From the NCBI GenBank assembly GCA_045863395.1, contig BTVJ01000006.1:96001-160000 (forward strand): DNA of 64,000 nt, given 5' to 3'. Source of the DNA: Myxococcales bacterium. Lineage in GTDB: Bacteria; Myxococcota_A; UBA9042; JABWCM01; BTVJ01. Below, piece after piece: positions 17,879 through 29,600 of the stretch; within the stretch, counting starts at the first letter, position 1, and each line of letters starts with the position of its first letter. The translations under genes were made by a program, and so were the position numbers. Under the pieces are notes generated by a model, which saw nothing but the letters and a program-made list of their open reading frames with translations, had not been told where the DNA came from and searched no databases.

Positions 17879-20506
17879 ATGAGGAAGATGCGCTGGCTGG
17901 TCGTCGCGGCCATGGTCGTTGGTGCGTGCAAGGGGGACGCGAAGGGGGAGAGTCCTGTCGCAGGGGCAGGGGAGCCGGGTCCGGCCAAGGGGGCGCTGGA
18001 GTCGGGACCCACGAAGGCGCGCCCCGAAGTTCCGCTGCTCGTCGCCCCGCTCAAGCCGGGGGAGGACGCGGCCAAGGCGCTGGGGCTGCCGGCCGCCGAG
18101 CGCGACTTCGGCGCGCCGGAGGTCGCCGACGCCAGGGTCTCCGAGCTGGCGCGCACGGTGATGACGGAGCCGGGAGACATCCCGCGCCTGAAGGTCGCCG
18201 TGGACGGGAAGCAGCTCGAGCTGCCCCTGGAGCACACCCATGTCCAGGCCGAGCTGACGGGCTTCGTCGCCCGCGTGACGGTCACCCAGACCTACCAGAA
18301 CCCGTTCCCTGAGCCCATCGAGGCGATCTACGTCTTCCCGCTCCCTGAGAACAGCGCCGTCGACGACATGAAGCTGCGCGTCGGCGACCGGCTCATCGAG
18401 GCGGAGATCAAGAAGCGGGAAGAGGCCCGGCAGGAGTATGAGGAGGCGAAGCGGGCGGGTCACACGGCGGCCCTGCTGGAGCAGGAGCGGCCCAACATCT
18501 TCACCCAGTCCGTCGCCAACATCGAGCCCGGAAAGAAGATCGACGTCGTGATTCGCTATGTGCAGGACCTGAGCTACGACGCCGGCACCTACGAGTTCGT
18601 GTTCCCGATGGTGGTCGGCCCGCGGTTCATCCCGGGCAACCCGACGGACTCCACCGGCGCGGGCTGGTCGAAGAACACGGATCAGGTCGCCGACGCCTCG
18701 CGCATCACGCCGCCCATCATCGGCGGCGGGCGCCGCACCGGCCACGACATCGGCATCGAGGTCACGGTGGATCGGAGCCTGCCAGTCATGGACCTGGATG
18801 TCCCCACCCACGACGTGCAGGTCAGCGAGGTGGACGGCGACTTCCTGGTGGAGCTCGCGGATCACGACACGCTCCCGAACCGCGACTTCGTCATGCGCTA
18901 CCGGGTGGACCGGGACGAGCCCCAGGTCTCGGTCATCGCCCACAAGGACAAGCGCGGCGGGTTCTTCTCCGTCGTGCTGCAGCCGCCGACCGCCGACATG
19001 GACGCCGTGGTCGGTGACCGGGAGCTCGTGTTCGTCGTCGACATCTCCGGCTCCATGTGGGGGGCGCCCATCAGCATGTGCAAGCAGGCCATGCAGGAGG
19101 CCATCCGAAACCTGCGGCCGACGGATCTCTTCAACGTCATGACCTTCGCGGGTCACACGGCCAAGGCGTTCCCCGAGTCTCGCCCGGCAAACCAGTCCAA
19201 CGTGCGGCTGGCACTCGACTTCGTGATGAACGCACAGGCGGGGGGCGGGACCAACCTGGCGGACGCCGTCGACGCAGCGCTGTCGCCCGCGGCGTCTGCG
19301 GGGAGACAGCGCCACGTGTTCTTCCTGACCGACGGCTACGTGGGCAACGAGGCGCAGATCATCGCCAAGACCCGCGCCTTCACGGACGCCGAGGCCGCCG
19401 CGGGGCGGCGCTCCAAGGTGTTCGGCATGGGAGTCGGGTCGAGCGTCAATCGCTATCTCCTCGACGGGATCGCCGACGCCGGCCGGGGGTTGACCGTCTA
19501 CGCGACCAACCGGGAGGACCCGTCTCAGGCAGTCAATCGCTTCTATCACTACGTGGATCACCCGGTCCTGACCGACGTGCGCCTGAGCTGGGGAGACCTG
19601 GCCGTGGCCGATGTCTACCCCACCGAGATGCCGGACCTGTTTGCGAGCCGCCCCCTGATCCTGCACGGGCGATACACCTCCGCGGGCGCGGGGACCCTGG
19701 TCATCGAGGGGATGCAGGGAGACAAGCCGGTGAGACTGACCGCGCAGGTGACTCTGCCGGAGCGTGAGGTGACCAATGAGGCGCTGGAGACTCTCTGGGC
19801 CCGCGCGCGCATCGATCGAGTGGAGCAGAATCTGTGGTTCAGCCAGGATCAGAAGTACATCGACGAGATTACCGCCCTCGGGCTCGACTATCGCATCGTG
19901 ACCGCCTACACGAGCTTCGTGGCCGTGGACCGCTCGAAGAAGGTGGGCAATGGCGACCCGACGACGGTCGTGCAGCCCGTGGAGGCGGCCGAGGGGGTCG
20001 CGGCGCCCATGGCCGCGCCGCCGGCGGCCTTCGCTCACGGCGCCATGCCGGGTGGCGCTGGGTATGGGGCCGGGGGCAGCTCGATGCCCGTGCCCACGCG
20101 CGCCGCGCTCCGGGAAGGGCCCATGAAGAAGGTGCAGGCGATGGCGGCAGGGGACGCTGCGGCCCTGGTCGTCCCCGACCCGAGCCCTGAGGAGGAGCCG
20201 CGGGAGATCGGCGTGCGGCTCGTCTCCGTGACCGTGGAGAAGGGCACCCTGGGTACGGCGCAGGCGCGGGCGCTCGTCGAGGCGCGGCTCGCGACGTGCA
20301 GCGGGTGCCTCGGCGGTGCGCCGGGGGCGGGGACCATCACGCTGCGCCTCGTCGTGGATGGGTCCGGGACCGTAAGCGAAGTGACCGAGGTCGAGACGAC
20401 CCTGTCTCAAGCGCTGGCGACCTGCATCCGCGATGCCCTGAAGCAGCCCCGGGCGGCCGCCCTGAAGGGCGAGGTCACGCTGCTGGTCACGCTCACGGTG
20501 GGCTGA
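17879..20506 (+). CDS. VIT + VWA domain lipoprotein with C-terminal AgmX/PglI (TonB-C-like) domain
   Basis: LPLEHTHVQAELTGFVARVTVTQTYQNPF..PIEAIYVFPLP (VIT), VFVVDISGSM (VWA), FFLTDG, LWARARI, YTSFVAVD. C-terminal GTITLRLVVDGSGTVSEV...ATCIRDALK. GGAGGA RBS before ATG 17879. Confidence 0.88.
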   Translation: MRKMRWLVVAAMVVGACKGDAKGESPVAGAGEPGPAKGALESGPTKARPEVPLLVAPLKPGEDAAKALGLPAAERDFGAPEVADARVSELARTVMTEPGDIPRLKVAVDGKQLELPLEHTHVQAELTGFVARVTVTQTYQNPFPEPIEAIYVFPLPENSAVDDMKLRVGDRLIEAEIKKREEARQEYEEAKRAGHTAALLEQERPNIFTQSVANIEPGKKIDVVIRYVQDLSYDAGTYEFVFPMVVGPRFIPGNPTDSTGAGWSKNTDQVADASRITPPIIGGGRRTGHDIGIEVTVDRSLPVMDLDVPTHDVQVSEVDGDFLVELADHDTLPNRDFVMRYRVDRDEPQVSVIAHKDKRGGFFSVVLQPPTADMDAVVGDRELVFVVDISGSMWGAPISMCKQAMQEAIRNLRPTDLFNVMTFAGHTAKAFPESRPANQSNVRLALDFVMNAQAGGGTNLADAVDAALSPAASAGRQRHVFFLTDGYVGNEAQIIAKTRAFTDAEAAAGRRSKVFGMGVGSSVNRYLLDGIADAGRGLTVYATNREDPSQAVNRFYHYVDHPVLTDVRLSWGDLAVADVYPTEMPDLFASRPLILHGRYTSAGAGTLVIEGMQGDKPVRLTAQVTLPEREVTNEALETLWARARIDRVEQNLWFSQDQKYIDEITALGLDYRIVTAYTSFVAVDRSKKVGNGDPTTVVQPVEAAEGVAAPMAAPPAAFAHGAMPGGAGYGAGGSSMPVPTRAALREGPMKKVQAMAAGDAAALVVPDPSPEEEPREIGVRLVSVTVEKGTLGTAQARALVEARLATCSGCLGGAPGAGTITLRLVVDGSGTVSEVTEVETTLSQALATCIRDALKQPRAAALKGEVTLLVTLTVG

Positions 20507-20625
20507 TCGCGCCGCCGCCGCTGTCCCGACGCCCCCTTCCGCCCCCTCTCCTTGACACGGGTCTGGTCTACGCGCCAGCCTGACATGGCCATACCACACG
20601 GGCCTTGCTGAATCGGAGGCGCGCC

Positions 20626-23600
20626 ATGGTGACCCTCTCACGGCTCCTGTGCTCCCTGTTGGCGTCCTGGGTGCTCGCCCTGGGGACGGGCTGCTCCGAC
20701 GACGATGGGGGACCTGGGTCCAGCCAGGACGCCGGGGGATCGGAGGGCGACACCCGTGTCACCACGGGCGGCAATGCCCTGCTGCGGGGCCCGTGGCCCC
20801 AGGCGACCGGCGCGCCCGGGGCCGACCCGGAGCGCCCCCTCGCCGCCACCTGGCGCATGGCCCGCGGCGGCACGCCAGGCAACGGCTTCGTGACGGTGCC
20901 CTGCCGCGAGGGGTGCTACGGCCCCTGCGGCATCGCGTGGGAGGTGCCGTCTGATCGCCGCATCGCCGACGCGCAGGTGGTGGTGGGGGCCGGCGACGCA
21001 ATCTTCGTGCACGTGCTCGAGGGGCCGGACGCCGTCGCGGGGAGCGGCCCCGACGGGTATGCCTCCACGGTGCTGCGGGTGTCGGCTGCTGGAGACGACC
21101 TCTTCGCGCGGGAGCCCGTCCCGCTCGACCCCCTGGGTGTGCTCGCCGCGCTCGCCGTCGACGCAGACGAGGCGGTGCCGCTCGTGCGCGACATGATCTC
21201 TCTGGAGACCGAGGACGGACCCGCACTGGTGGTGCTCATGCACATCGCCTGGCGGGCGGGGGGGCAGTGGAGCGTGCGCGACGTCATCGTGGGGATCGAT
21301 CCTGCCGTGGAGGCCCGCCGGTTCCTCTACGGCTTCCCCCAGGAGGTCTTCACCCAGACCACTCCGTTCATGCCCGAGTGGGGCGCAGAGGCCATCCGCG
21401 TGGACGGCCTCGGGCGCCTGGTCGTGCTCAAGAAGGGGCGCATCGAGCAGCAGGGGCGCCTGTACGCGGCGCCCCTGCCGCGTCAGGGCGAGGGGCTGGC
21501 CGGGGCGGGGCTCGTGGCGGAGGTGGTCGAGATCCCCCTCGAGGGCACGGGCGCCCCCTACGCGATCGACGCCTTCGAGGTGGACGACCGGGACCGCCTG
21601 TGGACCGTGGGGCGTGAGAGCGTCTCGCCTCCGCTGTGCACGGACGACCGCCGCTTCGAGCAGCTCCGCCTGCGCGTGTTCGCCCCGGACGGCGCGCTGC
21701 TGGAGGACCGCCCGGACCCGGCGCACACCTTTGTCTCCGTGTCCCGCGTCCATGTGGAGCGGGACAGGGACAACGGCGCCTTGCGGGCCATCCTGCTCGG
21801 GTCGCTCCCGACTGACCCCACCTGCATCGACCTGGTGCTGCACTACCCCAAGGCGGCGGACCAGTTCACCGACGACGAGGACGACCCCACCCGCTGCCCG
21901 CGGCGCTTCGAGCAGGCGTGCACAACCGGCGGTGACTGCCCGTGCCGGGGCTGCGAGGGGATGCTGCAGATCTGCCCACCGCCGCTGTTCGGAGGGGCGC
22001 CGCCCGGGCTCGCCGAGGTCTGGTGGTACGCCGACGACACCGACGTCGCCGTGCTCGTGGCGTCCGGCAAGCGCGCCACTCCCGTGGTGGCGCCCGGGCG
22101 CGTCGTCACCGACGGCCGCGGCCTCGCGATGCTCGGAGGCACGCGGCTCCAGGTCATCGACATGAAGGCGGACGCGGGGGCCCTGATGCTGCTCTCCGCG
22201 GAGGAGTGGCACGTGGAGTCCTCGCCGTGGGCGGACGGGATGCAGTCCCTGGCGTCGGTGGCCGGCGGGTGGCAGACGCCGCTCTTCGGGGCCCCGGTGG
22301 GGGGCGCCGTCCCCTTCGTGGCTGCCCTCCGGTCCACGGTCACGGACGAGTCCGTCTCGTTCGAGAACGCCGGGATCATTCGACATGCCACGGAGTGGGG
22401 CAACCTGGTGACGGGAACCGTAGCGGGGCACGCCGGGCTCACGAGCCGCACGGTCGCGCGTCGCCGCGGACCCTTCGAGGACTACTACGTCGCCCACGGG
22501 GAGGTGGACCGGGTCTATCCCCTCGACGGCGGGCGCCTGCTGCACGTGTTCCACTGGGCGGGGCCCGCCGCGAAGAAGAGCGGCGCGAGTGGCGGGGCCA
22601 ACGAGCGGCGCCTGGAGCTGCGCATCGCCGTGCCTGGCGGCGGGCTCTGGGAGGGGCGCGATCTCCAGCCTGCCGCCGGGGCGCCCATGCCGCTCGTGCC
22701 TCCCTGCGTAGACGGCGACCCACCCGAGACCTGCCGCTACCCCCTCGGCACGACGGTGGTGCCCGAAGAGGTACAGACGGTCGCGGTCCACGAGGTCTCC
22801 TGCCTGCTCACGGACTCGGCGGGGGCGGCGCAGGTCGGGTGCAGCCGCGACGAGCTGGTGCGCCAGTGGGAGGGGAGCCAGGCCGCGACCCTGGCCCAGG
22901 CATCCTCGGGCAAGGTCCGTCCGCTGTGCCTGGCGAGCGGGGTGCGCGAGCGCCGGACCACGGCCGAGGACGGGAGCGTCACGCTCCACGTGCTCTGCGA
23001 GGCGTTCACCGAGACCCTGGCGCCGAGCCACCCAACGGGGCTCGTGAGCCTGGTGCCACGCGACCACGCCACCACCTGCGACGCCTGGGGGGAGCCGCTG
23101 CCGCTGCGGACGGTGGGGCTCGCGTCCGTCATCGATGTGACCATCACCGACGCGAGCGGCGCCCCCGTGACCAGCGTGGAGGTCGGGCAGGCGGTGACGG
23201 TGGTGGTGACCACCACCGGGTCCGTGCACATCGAGGTGCTCTCGGGGGGCGCGACGCTGAACGGTGGGGTGGAGGCTCACGTCGGGGGCGGTGAGCCCGT
23301 GCTCCTCGTCGCCACCGCAGAGGGGGTGGTGGTGCTGCGCGTGACGGTGACCGATGCGTGGGGCATGGTCGTCGGGACCCGCCTCGTGGCCATCGCGGTG
23401 GAGGGGCCGGGCGCGTGTAGCGGGGCGGCCGACGGCAGCACCTTCTCGGTGTGCCACCCCCTGCTCGAGGTCGACGCTCCCGACGGGGAGGACACCTACG
23501 AGTCCCTGGCGGATCCCGCCGTTGTGCGAGAGGTCCTGCTCCACGACCGGAGCCTCCTGCACACCGCCGTAGACCACCGGGTGGAGGGCTTCGGGCCCTC

Positions 23601-26600
23601 CGTGGTGCTCGCGCGCACCCACCGGAGCGGGGTGCTGCCAGCCAAGGGCGGCATCATGGGTGGGTGGCACCTCTCCCTCGACATGCGTCTCTCCCCAGTG
23701 GCGGCGCCTGGAGACGACTCGTGGCTCCTCAGCGAGTCTGATGGGAGCGACGGCGAGGTGCGGGTTCACGACCTCGCGCTCATGGACCCCACGGGCCGCG
23801 TCGACGTGTGGCGCCACCCGGGCGTGAGCGAGCTGGTCCAGTTTGGCGGATCAGGCCCCGACTTCTGGGTGTGGGACCCGGCCGCGCTCAAGGTCGTGGC
23901 GCGCCCGTTCAGCGCGCGGGTCGTCACCTTCCAGGCGCCCCGGGGTCGCTTCGCCGCGCTGCGCAGCTACACCCTGGTGCTGGAGCCGGGGGTGGCGGCC
24001 CACCAGAAGCACCCTTACTACCGGCCGGATCGGGGCTTCCACACGGCCGAGCGCCGCTTCTACGAGCTGGTCGAGCCCTCGGGGCTGCGGCGCATCTTCG
24101 ACTGCAAGGGCAGGCTCGCGCTGATCATCGATCCCCAGCACCGGGAGGTGGAGCTGCTCTGGGAGGGGCCGGTCCACCCGCTCACCCACGTGAGGGCGCT
24201 CAGCGGGATGGTGGACGCGGCCGGGCGGCGGTGGGCGGTGGAGTGGAAGGACGTCGCCGGGATTCCTCGAGTGTGGCGCGTGACGGACCCCTTCGGGCGC
24301 AAGGTGGTGTATGGCTACGAGGCGCTGCCTGACGAGGGGGCGCGGCTGCTCACCGTGACCAAGGACTTCGGCGACGGCGAGTCCACCCACTACACCTACG
24401 ACGAGGGTCGCCTCACGAGCGTGACGCGGCCCGGGGCCAGCGAGCCCTGGCTCCGCGTGGAGTACGCGGGCGGGGCGGTGGTGCGCCAGGTCGTCGGGCG
24501 CGAGGCGCCCCAGGCCCCCGGGGTCAGCGACGGTGGGGTCACCACCTTCCTGGCGGTGGGTGGGGGCGTCCGCGTCACCGACGGGAGAGGGACTGCGCGC
24601 ACGTACGCCCTGGAGGCGCTGCCCGGCGGGGGGCCCGTGGTGGTGGCGTCCGAGCGGTGGGTGCGCGAGGTGGCCACAGATGGTGACCCCGGCCCCCGGC
24701 TCCTGCCATCCCGTGCTCCGGTGGAGGTGGCGCGGACGTTCACCCACGAGGCGAGCGGGCTGGTGGCGTCCATCACCCACCCGTCGGGCCGGGTGGAGTC
24801 CTTTGTGTGGAGCCCCGGCGGGAGGCTCGCGGAGCGGCGCGAGGACCCCGTGAGCGGTGGGGCGGCGCGGGTGGAGAAGTGGACCTGGGAGGCGATGGAC
24901 CCGGGGTGGCCCGGCTTTGCCTGCGAGGTGGAGACGGGCTCGCTCAGCGCGACCGGCGCCAAGACAAGCCGAGTGGTCGCGCCCCTCGACCCCGCGATGC
25001 CTGGCCTCGCCTGTACCGCGGTGGCCAGCGACCTGCCTCCGGTCACGGCGGCCTCAGGCGCCAAGGTGGCGGTGAGGGTCGAGGACGACCTGGAGGTCGG
25101 TGGGGTGCTGCGCGGTGCCCTCAAAGTGCGGCGCCTGTTGCAAGGGGGCGCCCTGCACGAGAGCACGCGGGTGGAGCACGCGGTCGTGGCGACGCCGACG
25201 CCAGCCGAGGTGGCGGCGGCGCCCCAGGGCAAGGTCGCCATGCCGGCGCTGGGCCACACGGTCGCCATCGAGGTGCACCGACCCCGCCCGCCCGAGTGTC
25301 CGGCCGACACCGCCACGGACGCCCGCACGGACATCGAGAGCGACGAGCGCGGCAACCCGGTGCGCACGGTCACGTCGTACACGGGTGCCCCCTGCACGGC
25401 GGGCGCTCCGTGCCCCGCGGGGGTGTGCGAGGCGGGCCGGTGCCGCACGACCCTGGTCATCGAGAAGGAGGTGGACGGCCACGACCGGGTGGTGCGGACG
25501 GTGGTGGACGCCGGCGGGGCCGCGCATGAGTCGAGGGCGCGCTACGACTCCCGCGGTCTGCCGACGGAGCGGTCCGTGCGGGTGGCGGACGACGTGCAGG
25601 TTGGCGGCCCTCCGTTCCAGTGGACCCCGCCCCGGTGGGTGACCACCACCGTCCACTACGACCTGGCGGGGCGTCGTATCGCCTCGGTGGTGGAGGCTCC
25701 CGGCGAGCGCAGCTTCGAGCTGACGGCGCTGGATGCCGAGGGTGGCGTGGTGGCGACGCTCGTGCCCGGCCCGGGGGCGGACGACGCCACCGTAGCGGCG
25801 GTGGTGGAGGCGGTCCGGGGTGGTGAGTCGCCCGCAGAGATCCTCGCGGCGTGGGGCCCCGAGGCCCTGGGGCCCGGCAACTTCGCCAGCGTGGCGCCCC
25901 ACAGCGGAGTCCTGCTGGACCCGCGCGTCGTCCTGCGAACCACGGAGCGAGACGCCGACGGCCTGCCGATACGCGAGACGGTGACCGACGGGCAGGCAGG
26001 ATGCGCGGTGTGTGCCGCGATCCACGGCCACACCACGGAGCTCTGGCGGGACGCCGAGGGGCGCGTCGTCTACGAGGATCCGGGCCGCGACGACCGGGCC
26101 GCGGACGGTCGCCGGGTGCTGGTGGAGACCACACGGGACGGCCTCGGGCGCCCGACGGAGCGGGCGGTGCGCGACCCCCTGGGCTGCGCCGGCCCCGACA
26201 CGGTGGTGCGGCGGGAGCTCTCCCTCGACTATGGCGCGCATGACACTCCAGCACTGACAGAGATCCGGGGCGACGACGGCAGGGCGAGCGTCACCGCGGG
26301 GTCCCTCGACGTGGTGGCGTGCGACACGGGCGCCCTGCTGAGCCGCACGGAGGCGGAGCGGGACGCGCGGGGCGACGTGGTCGCGCTCGTGGAGCACCGC
26401 TTTGCGCTGCTGGCGCAGGACCAGGGCGCCCCGGGCGCCCAAGGGGCTCGCACCACGCGATTCGGGCGGGACGCCCAGGGCCGCGTGGTGGAGGAGCGCG
26501 CGACGGGGGAGGGCCTGAACCGCCGGGAGCGCACCGCCTACGGGCTCCAGGGTGGGGCGTGCTGGAGCGCCGTCGGCACGGGGACCGACGTCACCGTGGA

Positions 26601-29600
26601 GACCCGCGCCGTCGTCGATGAGGGCGGTCGCGCCGTGACCCGGGAGGTGATCCATCGGGGAAGCAGCGACGAGGTGACCATCGGCGCGCGCTTCGACCAT
26701 GACGCCGTGGGGAGGCTGCTCCGCGTGGCGGACGGTCTCGGGCAGGTGCAGCGGGAGCTGGCCTGGGACAGCCTCGGGCGCCTGCGCGCAGAGCGCGACG
26801 AGCGGGGCTCGGTCACGGAGACCCGCTGGGACATGCTCGGCGCGGCACAGGAGACGACGCGGACGCTGCCGGGCGGCGAGCGGCGCACGACGCTCTTCGC
26901 CGCGACGCAGGGGTACCTGCGCGGCGAGGAGGCCTTTGGCGAGGGCGGCGGGGTCACGCCGTTGGGCGAGCGGCAGACCCTGTATGACGCCCTGGGACGG
27001 CCAGCCGTCGTGTACCCGCACGGCCTGGGCTCGCCGCAGACCGCCGAGGAGACCCTCGCCTGGGCAGGGGGCGCCGCCTGGCGCCGCACGTCGAGCGGCG
27101 CGACGATCACGAGCGAGATCGACGCCCTGGGGCAGCCACTCGAAGAGGTGGCGCAGGAGCCCGCGAAGCCGCAACCCGGGTACGCCCCAGCGGCGGTACG
27201 CACCGCGGTCCGGTCCTTCCGCTGGGACGCGGTCGGGCACCTGACCATGGCGCGCAACCTCTCCACGGACGACCTGCCGGTCTCCACGGTGCTCCGGGGC
27301 CACGACAGCCACGGGAACCTGATGCGCGAGGACCTCCACCTGCACCTTGGGGCGGGGGGCGAGCAGCACACCCGCACCCTCGCCACCTGGGACGACGGGG
27401 GCGCGCTGGTCAGCCTGGTGCCTGAGGCGGGCCCCGCCAGCGTGCTCATCGAGCACCAGCGTGACCCGCTCGGGCGCCTCGTTGCGACCCGGGTCGCGCC
27501 CACGACCGGAACTGCGTTCGCCTACGCCTACCCGAAGGCGATCACCTACACCTGGGCCGGGGAGCTGCTCCGCAAGCGGGTCGCCACTCTCGACAGCACG
27601 TTCCAGCCAGGGGAGGTCCCGTTCACTACCACCTTCGAGCACGACGAGCGGGGGCAGACCTGGCGGGTGGTCAACGCGGGCCCCGGCGGCGAGCTCTGGC
27701 GCCAGGAGCGCCTCTTCTGGCAGGGGGACGCCGTGGTGGACGTGACCGCCTCGGTCAAGGGAGGGGTCCCGCAGGCCGACCTCGCGCCCATCGAGGCGCT
27801 GGGGCGGGCTGGGGTCGCGCGGCTGCTGGCGCCCCCGACGGACCTCCTCGAGGCGCAGCCTTCCTACCAGGGCTGGCCGGACACCGCGCTCGGGAGCGCC
27901 GTCGCCGTGCGGGCGCTCGACGGGGACGGGGAGCCCGTCCGGCAGACCGTCACGCGCTGGGCCAAAGGCTACGGCAACCCCATGCTCTCCGGCACGTGGA
28001 CCACGCGCCGTGGAGGGCGCCTCGCCGAGGAGGCGTCGCTGCTGTGGGAGCCCGAGAAGGGCAAGGCCATGGAGGCGCGGCACCTGACCGTCGAGGCCGC
28101 CCCCGATGGCACGGACCGGGCGGTCGGGGCGGCGCATCGCCTCGTCCGCAAGGTGGCGGCCCCCTTCGCGAAGCCGGCTCCCGGGGGGAGCGCCGCGGCC
28201 CCCACCCTCGCGGGCCACCCGACGAACCGCGCCGACCACCTGGCCTTCGAGCACGGCGGCCCGGGGGTGCTGGCGCACGACGGCTGCCCCGGGGCGTGCG
28301 CGGACGGGAACCCCCGCCATCGCTACGGCTATGACGCCTGGGACCAGCTCGTCCGCATCGCCGCCGACGAGCCCGCCGCATGCACCGCCCCAGGCCCCGC
28401 CATGGACGACGTGTGGCCGGTCGCCACGGAGCTCGTCGTCGTGCGTGACGCCCTCGGCCGCCGGGTCGCCGAGCGGTGGGAGCTGCCGCCGGGCTGCGCG
28501 ACCCCGGAGTCCACGCTCCGCGGGGAGCGGGACCGCACCTTCCACTACCTCGGCGACACGGAGGTGGGCGAGCGCATCGAGCAGAGCACGGGCGACGGGG
28601 TCGTGACGCTGCTGCAAGGGCCCGAGGGCCTCGCCTGGGTCGCCGTCGCCTTCCCCTACGACCACGACAATCAGTACGTCGTGCTGCCGGACGCCACGGG
28701 TGGCCACGCAGGCGTCTGGGACGTGCGCAACCAGGGGCTCGCAGCCCCTGACTCACCGTCCCCCTGGTTCCGCCCCCACCCGATGCTCGCCATCGATCCG
28801 GCGGTGAGCTGGTCCTGGCGCTGGCTGGGCGGCGGCCTGGAGACCCAGCCCTTCGGCGCGATCACGTGGATGCAGGGCCGCGAGGCCGCCCACGACCTGC
28901 GCTCCAATCCCCTTGCCGACCGGTGGTACGCCACGCTTCACGCCACCGAGGGCTTCTGGGAGTCGGTGGGTGAGAAGGCGCTGGTGGCCCTCAACCTGTT
29001 CGCCGCGGCGGTGGGGTTCGTGCCCTTCGTCGGGGACCTGGTGGGGCTGCTCGCCGACGCCGTCTCCATCGGCGCGGACTTCGCGGCGGATGGCATGAGC
29101 TGGAGCCTCGCCGGCAAGGGGCTCCTCGCCGTGGGCCTCGCCGCGGTGGGCATCGGCGCGAGCCTGGCCGGGCCGGAGGGGTGGGCCGCCAAGGGCGCGG
29201 CGCGGGCTACGATCAGCTCGGCACGGGCGGGCCGGGCGGCGGCCCTGACCGCGGACGGCATCGGGGCGGCGAGGGCGCTCGATGCTCCCGGCGGCGCGGC
29301 CCAAGCGGCTCGCGCTGCGCAGGGGGGCGCCCAGAGCGCCATCCAGGCGTCCCGGGCGGCAGAGGCGGCGGCGGCGGCCCGCCTGGCACAGGAGCAGCGC
29401 ACCACGCACTTCCTGGGGAGGCTGTTTCGGGGGTACGTCCGGAGCCGTGGCGGCCTGGCGGGGGCTCCCCTGCCCGTCGCGCAGCGGCGCCTCCTGAACC
29501 AGGACCAGTGGGCGACGCGTGGCTTCGACGCCTGCGGGCCGACGGCCCTCGCCATGGTCCTCTCCGACTACGGCGTGCGCCTGACCGACGGGGCCCAGCG

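Noticed and set aside
15122..20641. 1839-aa minus-strand ORF, and similar long antisense ORFs (45195-49334, 25054-28707, 20638-23817, 33097-36333, 50406-52664)
   Set aside because: They are shadows of well-supported genes on the opposite strand. High GC3 suppresses stops in antisense frames, and the translations are Arg/Gly/Ala-rich with no motifs.
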